A program made the position numbers and the translations under genes. 48,144 bases of DNA from Ignavibacteriales bacterium (GTDB lineage Bacteria; Bacteroidota; Ignavibacteria; Ignavibacteriales; Ignavibacteriaceae). Within the stretch, counting starts at the first letter, position 1, and the number at the start of each line of letters is the position of its first letter. The DNA is taken from NCBI GenBank assembly GCA_014727845.1, contig WJMR01000378.1, positions 1 to 48,144 of the forward strand. Direction: 5' to 3'. Positions 9,907 to 18,186 of the stretch are shown piece by piece. Under the pieces are notes generated by a model. The model was not told the origin of the DNA. It searched no databases and saw nothing but the letters and a program-made list of their open reading frames with translations.

Positions 9907-12900
9907 ATGAGGAACGTTATTTACGTCGCGATTATTCTCGCCTTCCTTGCGGGGAAGAGCGTCGCGCAGATCGACGACTATCATCCCGAGTTCCAATGGT
10001 ACACCATTAAAGGCGAGTACTGCGACGTCCACTTCCACGAGGGCGCCGAGCGCACCGCGCGAACGGTGGCGAGGATCGCCGACGCCGTGTACGAGCCGAT
10101 CACGTCGCTCTACGAGTATCGACCCGGGAAGACGCACTACGTTATCAAGGACATCGACGACTACGCCAACGGCGCGACCTACTTCTTCGATAATAAGATA
10201 GAAATCTGGACCAGCGCGCTGGATATGGATCTGCGCGGAAACCACAACTGGCTTCGCAACGTCATCACGCACGAGTTCACGCACCTCGTCCAGCTCCAAG
10301 CCGCGATGAAGGGATCGCGACGAGTTCCCGCGGTTTATCTTCAATGGCTAAACTACGAGGAGAAGCGACGCCCCGACATCCTCTACGGATTTCCGAACGT
10401 CATCGCCTCCTATCCGCTCCCGTCGATCAACGTGCCGGCGTGGTTCGCCGAGGGAACGGCGCAGTATCAGCGCGTCGAGTTTCGTTACGACGATTGGGAC
10501 AGTCATCGAGATATGATCCTCCGTTGCTACGCCCTCGACGACAATATGCTCACGTGGGGCGAGATGGGCGTCTTCGGGAAATCTTCGCTCGGCAACGAGT
10601 CGGTGTACAACGCGGGCTACGCGTTCACCCGTTACCTCTCGCAGAAATACGGCGAGGAGTCGCTCAAGGATCTTACCGATCGACTTGGGGACTTCACGAC
10701 CGTGACGATGGACGGCGCCTTCGAGGGCGCGCTCGGCGTAACGGGAGAAGAGGCGTACGAGGAGTGGCGGAGTTTCCTCCGAACCGATTACGAAAAGCGC
10801 ACGGCGAAAATCCGCGAGAACCCGGTCGTCGGCGACACGATCGCGGACGTCGGCTTCGGGAACTTTTATCCTAAGCGCGGCGAGGACGGCGCTCTCTACT
10901 ATCTCTCCAACAAGACCGCCGACTACTTCCTTCTTACGGGACTCTATCGCCGCGACACCGCGACCGAGGAGGACGAGCTACTCGTTCCCGGCGTCCACTC
11001 GGCGTACGACTTCCTACCCGGCAAGAACAAAATCGTCTTCGCGAAACTCTCCGACGACAACCCGAACGGCTACAACGTCCACGACCTTTACGTGTACGAT
11101 ATTGCGGAGGACGACGTGGAGCGGCTCACCGAAGGGCTCCGAGCCAATCAACCCGACGTTTCGCCCGACGGCGAGAAGATCGTTTTCCTTTTTCAGAAGG
11201 ACGGCACGTCGAACCTTGGCGTGGTGAACGCCGACGGGAAGAACTTCCGACAGATTACGTTTTTCGGAAACGGCGAGCAAGTGTACGCGCCGAAGTTCAA
11301 TCCCTCCGGGGACTCGGTGTATTTCGGAACGTCCTATCACGTCGGTCGCGACTTGGCGCGGGTGAGCGTCGAGGGCGGTCCGCACGAGGTGGTCATAAAG
11401 GGCGCGCCGGACGCGCGTAACGCGGCGTTTGACGACGAGGGACGCCTGGTGTACGTCGCCGACGAAACGGGCGTCTTCAACGTCTATCGCCTCGATCTCC
11501 AAACGGGCGAGCGCGAGCGACTGACCAACGTAATCGGCGGCGCCTTTCAACCTTCGATCGGCGACGACGGCGAACTACTCTATTCCGGCTACACGTCGCG
11601 CGGATTCAAGATTTTCCGCCTGGAAAACCCGGCTCCCGCGCGGGTGAAGGACGAGCTCGCGTACGACAAGCGCGAGAACCCGCCGCTCGACGATCACAAA
11701 GCCAAAGGCGACGTCGAGACGATTCTCCTCGACACGCTCGCCGCGTTCGACGATCGCGACATGCCGCCGGCGGAGAAGGAACGCTACTCGGGCGAGTTCA
11801 CGTCGCTCTCGTTTTTTCCGTTCCTCCGTTTCGACAACTACAATCAAGACGCCTCGCCGATCGAGCGGATTAAACCGGGCGTGTACGTCGCCTCTTCGGA
11901 TATGCTCAATCGCTACGCCGTCTTCGGCGGCGCGTCGATAAACGCGAACTTGGAGCGCGACCTGTTTCTGATCTTCGACTATCGCGACAAGTTGCCGCTC
12001 CTCTTCGATCTCGGTCTCAATCCAACGATCTCGCTCGAGGCGTATAATATTAGTAGAAAAGCGAACGTCGAGCTGAATTTCGAGGAGGATGAAAATCTCC
12101 CCGACGCGCTACCCACCGTTTGGACGGACGTGGCGTACAACCTGATGGAGTTCGATCTCGTCGCGCGCGACAAAGTGTTCGGCAAGTTCGACGAGTTGGA
12201 GTTGCGCTACATCTACAGTCGCTACACCGCGACGCTCGAGAGTTTCACGCTACCGATCCCGGACAACCCGCAGCTCTACCCGACGACGCACGACACGTAT
12301 CTCTCGGCGGGCAACCTGCAGGCGACGTATCGCGTGGAGCGCTATCTGCCGTACCGCGATCGCGACATCAACCCGATCGGGTGGGAGGCGGAGTTCCAAT
12401 ACAATTACGAGATGAACGAGTTCAACGACGAGGGGGAGTACGAGATCGTGGACGGCATGCTCAAGCCCGTTTACAACACGTACGACTTCCATCGGATCGA
12501 GACGAACCTACGATTTGCCGCGCCTTTCCGGGGGTTGCACACGCTCGGCGCGAGCGTCCGCTACGGCTCGATTATCGGGGAGACCGTGCCGGATTTCTTC
12601 GACTTCTATCTCGGCGGATTGATCGGGATGAAGGCGTATCCGTTCTACGCGCTGAGCGGCAACGAATTGATCCACGGAAATCTCACCTATCGGTTCCCCT
12701 TGTGGCGCGGCATCGACGCGCGGCTGGGTCCGCTCTATCTCGACAAGATGTTCTTCTCGCTCTACGCCGACGCGGGCAACGCGTGGACGGGCGAGATGGA
12801 TTGGGAGAACGACTGGAAGCGCGGCGTCGGGGCGGAGCTCCGCGTGAAGCTCTTCTCGTTCTACCTCTTCCCGACGAGCGTCTTCTTCAACGGCGCCTAC

Positions 12901-12999
12901 GCGCTGGATAAAATCACGCGCGAGATCGACGACGAAATCGTAACCTATGGAGAGGAGTGGCGCTTCTACGGCGGCGTTCTCTTCGGCTTCGACATCTAA
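9907..12999 (+). CDS. three-module outer-membrane protein: peptidase-MA-like zinc metalloprotease domain + TolB/PD40-type beta-propeller + C-terminal Omp85-like beta-barrel
   Basis: Signal peptide MRNVIYVAIILAFLAGKSVAQ. Zinc motif NVITHEFTHLVQ followed by PAWFAEGTAQY (Peptidase_MA_2-like HExxH...EG). PD40-like repeats include QPDVSPDGEKIVFLFQKDGTSNLGVVNADGKN, PKFNPSGDSVYF and FDDEGRLVYVADETGVFNVY. The last ~400 aa have alternating hydrophobic strands ending GVGAELRVKLFSFYLFPTSVFFNGAYALD...YGGVLFGFDI, which resembles the end of a bacterial-surface-antigen barrel. Confidence 0.65.
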   Translation: MRNVIYVAIILAFLAGKSVAQIDDYHPEFQWYTIKGEYCDVHFHEGAERTARTVARIADAVYEPITSLYEYRPGKTHYVIKDIDDYANGATYFFDNKIEIWTSALDMDLRGNHNWLRNVITHEFTHLVQLQAAMKGSRRVPAVYLQWLNYEEKRRPDILYGFPNVIASYPLPSINVPAWFAEGTAQYQRVEFRYDDWDSHRDMILRCYALDDNMLTWGEMGVFGKSSLGNESVYNAGYAFTRYLSQKYGEESLKDLTDRLGDFTTVTMDGAFEGALGVTGEEAYEEWRSFLRTDYEKRTAKIRENPVVGDTIADVGFGNFYPKRGEDGALYYLSNKTADYFLLTGLYRRDTATEEDELLVPGVHSAYDFLPGKNKIVFAKLSDDNPNGYNVHDLYVYDIAEDDVERLTEGLRANQPDVSPDGEKIVFLFQKDGTSNLGVVNADGKNFRQITFFGNGEQVYAPKFNPSGDSVYFGTSYHVGRDLARVSVEGGPHEVVIKGAPDARNAAFDDEGRLVYVADETGVFNVYRLDLQTGERERLTNVIGGAFQPSIGDDGELLYSGYTSRGFKIFRLENPAPARVKDELAYDKRENPPLDDHKAKGDVETILLDTLAAFDDRDMPPAEKERYSGEFTSLSFFPFLRFDNYNQDASPIERIKPGVYVASSDMLNRYAVFGGASINANLERDLFLIFDYRDKLPLLFDLGLNPTISLEAYNISRKANVELNFEEDENLPDALPTVWTDVAYNLMEFDLVARDKVFGKFDELELRYIYSRYTATLESFTLPIPDNPQLYPTTHDTYLSAGNLQATYRVERYLPYRDRDINPIGWEAEFQYNYEMNEFNDEGEYEIVDGMLKPVYNTYDFHRIETNLRFAAPFRGLHTLGASVRYGSIIGETVPDFFDFYLGGLIGMKAYPFYALSGNELIHGNLTYRFPLWRGIDARLGPLYLDKMFFSLYADAGNAWTGEMDWENDWKRGVGAELRVKLFSFYLFPTSVFFNGAYALDKITREIDDEIVTYGEEWRFYGGVLFGFDI

Positions 13000-13021
13000 C
13001 CCGACGATAAAAGGAGACGGT

Positions 13022-13894
13022 ATGAGATTAGCGTTAACCGCGGCGGCGATTGTTTTGGCGGGAATCGCGACGACCGCGCAAACCGTGTCCGAACCGACGG
13101 GCGTGTGGGCGTTGGACGCCGAGACCCTCGCGCAATCCGCGGACTATGACGCCGGCTACTCGGTGGCGCCCGTGCAAGAGGGGCGCAAATCCCCGTTCCT
13201 CGCGGCCGTCCTCTCGGCGATCCTCCCCGGCGCGGGCGAAATCTACAACGGACAATACCTCAAGGGAGCGATCTTCCTCGCCGCCGAAGCGACGCTGATC
13301 GGCGTCGCCGTCGCCTACGATCAAAAGGGGATAGACAAGACGGAGGAGTTCGAGGCGTACGCCGACGAGCATTGGAGCGCGGCGCGATACGCGAATTGGT
13401 TGATGCACTACAAAACCGAGTTCGGAATTACGGACACGATTCGCGTCAACCCCGACGTCTCGCTTCGGCCGTGGGAGCGCGTCGAGGATTGGGAAGAGTT
13501 GAACCGCGCCGAAGAGCAAGTTATGTATCAAGGCAACGCGATGTCCCACCAACTCCACTACTACGGCGAACAACAATACTACGAGATGATCGGCAAGTAT
13601 CGGCAGTTTAGCAGGGGGTGGGAGGATAGCGATCTCTCGCCCGAGTGGTGGGAGGAGGTCTCCCCGATGATGACGCATTACTCGGGGATGCGCGGCGACG
13701 CGAACGACTACTACAACACCGCCTCGACCGCCGTCGTCTTCATCTACGTCAACCACATCTTGAGCGCGATCGACGCGGCGTGGTCGGCGGCGTCGATCAA
13801 CAAGGACCTCGCGATTAAAATGCGAGTCGAACCGAACTATCTCGCCACGCGCGTCGAGCCGGCGCCGCGACTCGCGCTTTCCTATCGCTTCTAA
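13022..13894 (+). CDS. DUF5683-like membrane protein with an extended C-terminal domain
   Basis: ATG 13022 is preceded by AAAGGAGA and gives signal/TM MRLALTAAAIVLAGIATTAQ. The track ORF start 12947 overlaps the upstream gene and is rejected. The motif SPFLAAVLSAILPGAGEIYNGQYLKGAIFLAAEATLIGVAVAY matches the DUF5683 core (PG-G-IYN plus hydrophobic helix). The remaining ~190 aa are unassigned. Confidence 0.5.
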   Translation: MRLALTAAAIVLAGIATTAQTVSEPTGVWALDAETLAQSADYDAGYSVAPVQEGRKSPFLAAVLSAILPGAGEIYNGQYLKGAIFLAAEATLIGVAVAYDQKGIDKTEEFEAYADEHWSAARYANWLMHYKTEFGITDTIRVNPDVSLRPWERVEDWEELNRAEEQVMYQGNAMSHQLHYYGEQQYYEMIGKYRQFSRGWEDSDLSPEWWEEVSPMMTHYSGMRGDANDYYNTASTAVVFIYVNHILSAIDAAWSAASINKDLAIKMRVEPNYLATRVEPAPRLALSYRF

Positions 13895-13959
13895 CGATTC
13901 TTCGGACGCGTCGATTTCGTATATTGACGACAACCTTTACCGTCAACACGGAGCGTTCA

Positions 13960-15012
13960 ATGTCGCGTCGTCGATTGCTCGCGCTAACCGAGGGACTCTC
14001 GGATCCGCACCGGGGCAAGGTCGCCCGCAATCTTCTCAAGTATAAACCCGAGGAAGTCGTCGCCGTCTTCGATCGCGAGAACGCCGGCAAGCGCGCCTCG
14101 GAGTTGTTCGGATTCGGCGAGGACGTTCCCGTCGTCGGTTCGCTCGACGACGCGGCTGAGGCGAACGCGGTCGTTGTCGGCGTCGCCGTGCCCGGCGGCG
14201 TGATGCCGGAGTCGTACGTCGAGATCATGCGCGAGGCGATCCTCCGAGGGATGGACGCGATCTCCGGCTTGCACGACTTCCTCTCCGGATACCCGCGACT
14301 CGTCGATGCCGCGGAGCAAAGCGGCGTTCGACTGATCGATCTACGAAAGACCGCGACCAAGCGGGTCGTGTCGCGAGAGGGGATCGACGAGAGTTGCTAT
14401 CGCGTTCTCACCGTCGGCAACGATTGTAGCGTCGGGAAGATGGTCGTCTCGCTGGAGGCGACGCGCGAGCTTATCCGACGCGGCTACGACGCGAAGTTTG
14501 CGCCGACGGGACAGACGGGGATGCTGATCGAAGGGGAGGGGGAGCCGATCGACGCGATACCGGGGGACTTCATCGCGGGGGCGGTCGAGGGGCTGGTGGC
14601 GCGCAATCAATCGCATGAGGTTCTAATGGTCGAAGGGCAGGCGTCGCTCGTTCATCCGCGTTACTCGGGGGTGACGCTGGGGCTCCTCCACGGCGCGACG
14701 CCCGACGCGTTGGTGATGTGCTACGAGCTTGGTCGCGAACGAATCCACGGCGTCGAGTCGATGAAGATTCCGCCGCTCGCCGACGTGATCGAGTTGCACG
14801 AACGACTCGGGAACGTGATGCGTCCGACCGAGACGGTCGCCTTGGCGATCAACGGCAGGAAAGCCGCGCCGGAGGAGATCGACGCCGAGCGCGAGCGAGC
14901 GCGCCGCGAGCACGGCATGCCCGCCGCCGACGTGATGCGACACGGCGTCGGCGAGATCGTTGACGCGATTATCGAGCGCGGCGTCCGAATCGGCAAACTA
15001 TCTCCTCGCTAA
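13960..15012 (+). CDS. DUF1611 domain protein (DgcN-like family)
   Basis: Blocks VVGVAVPGGVMPE...AILRGMDAISGLHDFL, VLTVGNDCSVGKMVVSLE, FAPTGQTGMLIEG, DFIAGAVE and MVEGQASLVHPRYSGVTLGLLHG are the DUF1611 pattern. ATG 13960 has a GGAG RBS about 7 nt upstream; the track start 13924 is a TTG. Confidence 0.8.
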   Translation: MSRRRLLALTEGLSDPHRGKVARNLLKYKPEEVVAVFDRENAGKRASELFGFGEDVPVVGSLDDAAEANAVVVGVAVPGGVMPESYVEIMREAILRGMDAISGLHDFLSGYPRLVDAAEQSGVRLIDLRKTATKRVVSREGIDESCYRVLTVGNDCSVGKMVVSLEATRELIRRGYDAKFAPTGQTGMLIEGEGEPIDAIPGDFIAGAVEGLVARNQSHEVLMVEGQASLVHPRYSGVTLGLLHGATPDALVMCYELGRERIHGVESMKIPPLADVIELHERLGNVMRPTETVALAINGRKAAPEEIDAERERARREHGMPAADVMRHGVGEIVDAIIERGVRIGKLSPR

Positions 15013-17501
15013 AACTGCGCTTCGATTCCCAAGACCGGCATAAAAGCGAATTGGTATATCGTATCCGTCGTGCCGTCGGAGTTGTAGGCGTACATAAAGA
15101 CGTTCTTGCGATTGTAGAGGTTCTGCACTTGTAGGAAAATCGTCAAGCTCCACGAGGAGAAGTGGTAGCGGCTGTTGAACGCGACGTCGAGGCGATGATA
15201 GTCGGGATAGCGCTCGCCGTTGAGATCGTCGCTTCGTTTCCATGTCCCGTCGCTCCACGCCATATCGGCGATTCGGTACTGCGCCGTTCGGTCGAAGTGG
15301 CGCGCGGTGTAGGGTCTGCCGGAAGCGTAGCGCCATCGCGCCGAGATCTCCATATCGTCGGAGAAGGGGAGGAGGTACGAGGGATATTTCAGATAGAAGG
15401 GCGCGTCGTCGAGCGCCGAACGGAGCTCGTGGAAGCGCTTGCCCGCGATGATCGAGACAACCCACGGGTAGTCGTAGTCGCTCGTGAACGTCCCGCCCTC
15501 GAAGCCGATTCGAGGATCGTAGTTGTTCGTCCACGAACGCGAGACGCTAACCGTTCCGTAAATATCCTCGACCATTTTTTGTTGCAGGAAGAAATCGACG
15601 CCCCACACGTCGCGCGATCCGACGTTGAGCAATTTCTCCGAGCGGTCGGTCTCGTTCCATGAGATGAACGACTCGCGCGTCGGGATGTCGATGTACTCTT
15701 TGAAGTATCCCTCCAACGAGACGCGTAGCCCGGGCGCGAGGATGTGCTCGACGCCGCCGACGTAGTGTGTGGCGAGCGCGGACTCGAGGCGGCGATTGAT
15801 TTCGGAGCTGAAGCGGTCCCCGAAGAGCGGGAGCGCGGGCGTTTGAAAAAACATACCGTAGGCGAAGTTCACACTCGTGAGGTCGGGGACGAGATAGTAC
15901 GCCGCCGTTACGCGCGGGCTGAACGTCGCGTTCTCGGGGTAGGAGAAGTAATCGACGCGACCGCCGAGGTTGAGGACGAGGCGATCGTCGAAGAGCTTTG
16001 CGCGCTCGTTGAGGTAGCCATACGCCTTAAACTCGTCCGGAAACTTGAAGTCGTAATCGACGTACGCGTCGCCGGTCGTGACGACCGTATCAAAGACGCC
16101 GTCGTCGTCGAAGTCGTATCGGTCTTCGGCGTCGCTCGCGAATTGATCGGCGTCGAATCTGACGAACTTAATCGCGCCGCCGAATTCCAGTTGATGACTT
16201 TTAGCGACGTTCCAGACGAACTCGGACTTAAACGCGTTGACCCCGTTGTCGTCGTCTTGCTCGAAGACGCGCCGTTTACCGATAACTTCCGTGTCGGTTA
16301 CGTCGCCCGCGCCGTCGTAACGCCGCTCGACGTATTCTTGATTGACCGTCGTAGCGTTGTGGTAGTTCGTCCCGAAGATCGTCAGCGCCGAGTAGAAGTT
16401 TTCCGACCAGACCGATTTCAGCGTAATACCCGCGGCGTATTGCCACTGTTCGACGTTCACGTTTTCAAGCCCGACGGAATCCGTTTGATTCGCCATCACG
16501 GGGTCGTTGTGATCGGCGTCGCCCTCGATGTCGATCCGATCGTTGCCGTACACGCCCGAGATTTGGAGTTTGTGATCGCGAGTTAGATTGTAGGACGCCT
16601 TCCACTGCGCGTCCCAATAGTAGGGGATGGCGGTCAAGCCGAAGGAGCCGGCGATGAGGTTGATGTAGCTCTTCCGGGCGGAGACGATCCATGAGCCGCG
16701 CTCGCCGAGTTTCCCTTCGAGGACGGCGCCGTATCCCGCCATCGAGAGGTTGGCGTTGCCCGCGAAGTTCCGTTCTCGCGTTCCGTCGCGCGTCTCGATT
16801 CTCGTGACCGACGAGAGCTTGTCGCCGTACTTGGCGATAAAGCCGCCCGTCGAGAACTCGATGTCGTCGATCATATCGACGTTGATCATGTTGATCGGTC
16901 CGCCCGAGTTGTATTCGTTCGGGTAGTGGTTCGTCGAGTGGACTTCAATGTGATCGAGGACGGTGAGGTTCTCGTCGGGCGCGCCGCCTCGGACGAGCAG
17001 CTCGTTGGTTTGGTCGGAGGAGAACGAGACTCCGGGCATCGCCTGCAGGATGCGCTGATAGTCGAGCGACGAACCGGGAGAGCGTCGCACTTCCTCGGCG
17101 TCGAGCGAGAGCGCGCTCACCTCGTTCTCGATTTTCGATTGGTCGAAGTAGTCGGCGACGACGGTAACCTCGCCCATCTCGACGAGGGCCTCCTTCATCT
17201 CGAAACCGATTTGCGAGGCGCGACCCGAGCGTACGACAACGCCCGTCTTGACGACGGTTTGGTATCCGATGAGCGACGCCTTGATCGAATAGCCGCCGGC
17301 GGGAACGCTCGGAATTTCGAACGCGCCGTTTACGTCGGTCGCCGCGCCGACGTTTTCTAAATCGGTTACGACGACGTTAACCCCGACGAGCGGCTCCGAC
17401 GTACGCGCGTCGATCGCCGTTCCCGTGATCGATCCCGTTTGCGCCTGCGACGACGCGACGCACAGAAGCGCGACGAACGCGGTTCCACGAAAGTTGACCA
17501 T
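15009..17501 (-). CDS. TonB-dependent receptor with N-terminal carboxypeptidase-regulatory-like domain
   Basis: CarboxypepD_reg block GSITGTAIDARTSEPLVGVNVVVTD...TDVNGAFEIPSVPAGGYSIKASLIGY. Plug-like region EVRRSPGSSLDYQRILQAMPGVS...LVRGG. Long barrel ending in the typical terminal ...PVLGIEAQF. ATG 17501 is preceded by GGAGA and gives signal peptide MVNFRGTAFVALLCVASSQAQ. The track start 17573 adds an implausible hydrophobic extension. Confidence 0.85.
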   Translation of the reverse strand: MVNFRGTAFVALLCVASSQAQTGSITGTAIDARTSEPLVGVNVVVTDLENVGAATDVNGAFEIPSVPAGGYSIKASLIGYQTVVKTGVVVRSGRASQIGFEMKEALVEMGEVTVVADYFDQSKIENEVSALSLDAEEVRRSPGSSLDYQRILQAMPGVSFSSDQTNELLVRGGAPDENLTVLDHIEVHSTNHYPNEYNSGGPINMINVDMIDDIEFSTGGFIAKYGDKLSSVTRIETRDGTRERNFAGNANLSMAGYGAVLEGKLGERGSWIVSARKSYINLIAGSFGLTAIPYYWDAQWKASYNLTRDHKLQISGVYGNDRIDIEGDADHNDPVMANQTDSVGLENVNVEQWQYAAGITLKSVWSENFYSALTIFGTNYHNATTVNQEYVERRYDGAGDVTDTEVIGKRRVFEQDDDNGVNAFKSEFVWNVAKSHQLEFGGAIKFVRFDADQFASDAEDRYDFDDDGVFDTVVTTGDAYVDYDFKFPDEFKAYGYLNERAKLFDDRLVLNLGGRVDYFSYPENATFSPRVTAAYYLVPDLTSVNFAYGMFFQTPALPLFGDRFSSEINRRLESALATHYVGGVEHILAPGLRVSLEGYFKEYIDIPTRESFISWNETDRSEKLLNVGSRDVWGVDFFLQQKMVEDIYGTVSVSRSWTNNYDPRIGFEGGTFTSDYDYPWVVSIIAGKRFHELRSALDDAPFYLKYPSYLLPFSDDMEISARWRYASGRPYTARHFDRTAQYRIADMAWSDGTWKRSDDLNGERYPDYHRLDVAFNSRYHFSSWSLTIFLQVQNLYNRKNVFMYAYNSDGTTDTIYQFAFMPVLGIEAQF

Positions 17502-17600
17502 ACGTCTCCAAATGCGAGTGAGAAGAGACAGAAATATGAAAAAGAGAAATGAAATCGGAAAGACGACGAACAAGACGTAAAGAATACGTAACGCGTCGGT

Positions 17601-17633
17601 GAAAACAAAGCCCCGACTCGGGAAAGTCGGGGC
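17601..17633 (-). terminator. Rho-independent terminator downstream of the thioredoxin gene
   Basis: 9-bp GC-rich stem GCCCCGACT / AGTCGGGGC (17610-17618 / 17625-17633) with a 6-nt loop. On the minus strand it is followed by TTTGTTTTC. Confidence 0.6.
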
Positions 17634-17668
17634 ATAGCAGGGAAGCGTTATTGTGTGTTAGGAAGCGC

Positions 17669-18043
17669 TTAGTTGTTCGACGCCGGTTCTTTTTTAAGGA
17701 GGACGTTGTCGATGGCTTCTTTCAGCGCCTCCTTCGGGAGCGCGCCCATCGCCATCTGCGGCTTGTCGTCCTTCGGGCAGAAGAGCAACGAGGGGATGCT
17801 TCGGATGCCGAAGACGCCCGCCAGCTCTTGCTCTTTCTCGGTGTCGATTTTATAGATATTAATCTCGTCTTTGTATTCTTCGGAGAGTTCCTCCAACACG
17901 GGCGCAACCATTTTGCACGGTCCGCACCAGTCGGCGTAGAAGTCGATGACGCACGGTTTCTCGCCCGAGAAGGTCCACTCTTTATTGTTTTCGTAATCGA
18001 ATACTTTTTTAAGGAACGTTTCCTTCGTCAAGTGTTCGGTCAT
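17669..18043 (-). CDS. trxA: thioredoxin
   Basis: Active site DFYADWCGPCKMVAPVLEEL plus the downstream cis-Pro context GIRSIPSLLF. ATG 18043 is preceded by AAGGA about 8 nt upstream; the track start 18097 is less likely. Confidence 0.85.
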   Translation of the reverse strand: MTEHLTKETFLKKVFDYENNKEWTFSGEKPCVIDFYADWCGPCKMVAPVLEELSEEYKDEINIYKIDTEKEQELAGVFGIRSIPSLLFCPKDDKPQMAMGALPKEALKEAIDNVLLKKEPASNN

Positions 18044-18125
18044 GCGGTTATCCTTTTTCGATTTTAGTGTTTTCTTATTGTTGAACGTATGATGCAACGA
18101 ACGAGAAAAGGATTCGGGGAGGTCG

Positions 18126-18160
18126 AAAAAAAATCATAAAAAAGGGAGCGCGCGGCTCCC
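18126..18160 (-). terminator. Rho-independent terminator downstream of the ABC permease genes
   Basis: Stem GGGAGC / GCTCCC (18144-18149 / 18155-18160) with a 5-nt loop. On the minus strand it is followed by CTTTTTTATGATTTTTTTT. Confidence 0.6.
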
Positions 18161-18186
18161 TTGAAAAACGGTCGTGTTCTTGGGGC

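Noticed and set aside
12947-13021. N-terminal extensions offered by the ORF track. Examples: 12947 for the DUF5683-like gene, 39957 for HU, 30501 for GH31, 30492 for the heparinase-like gene, 17573 for the TonB-dependent receptor, 18097 for thioredoxin, 35666 for the M2 peptidase, 21404 for the methyltransferase-like gene.
   Set aside because: In each case a downstream ATG has a Shine-Dalgarno-like purine tract at proper spacing. That ATG yields either a canonical signal peptide or the canonical family N-terminus. The extensions overlap upstream genes or add implausible residues.
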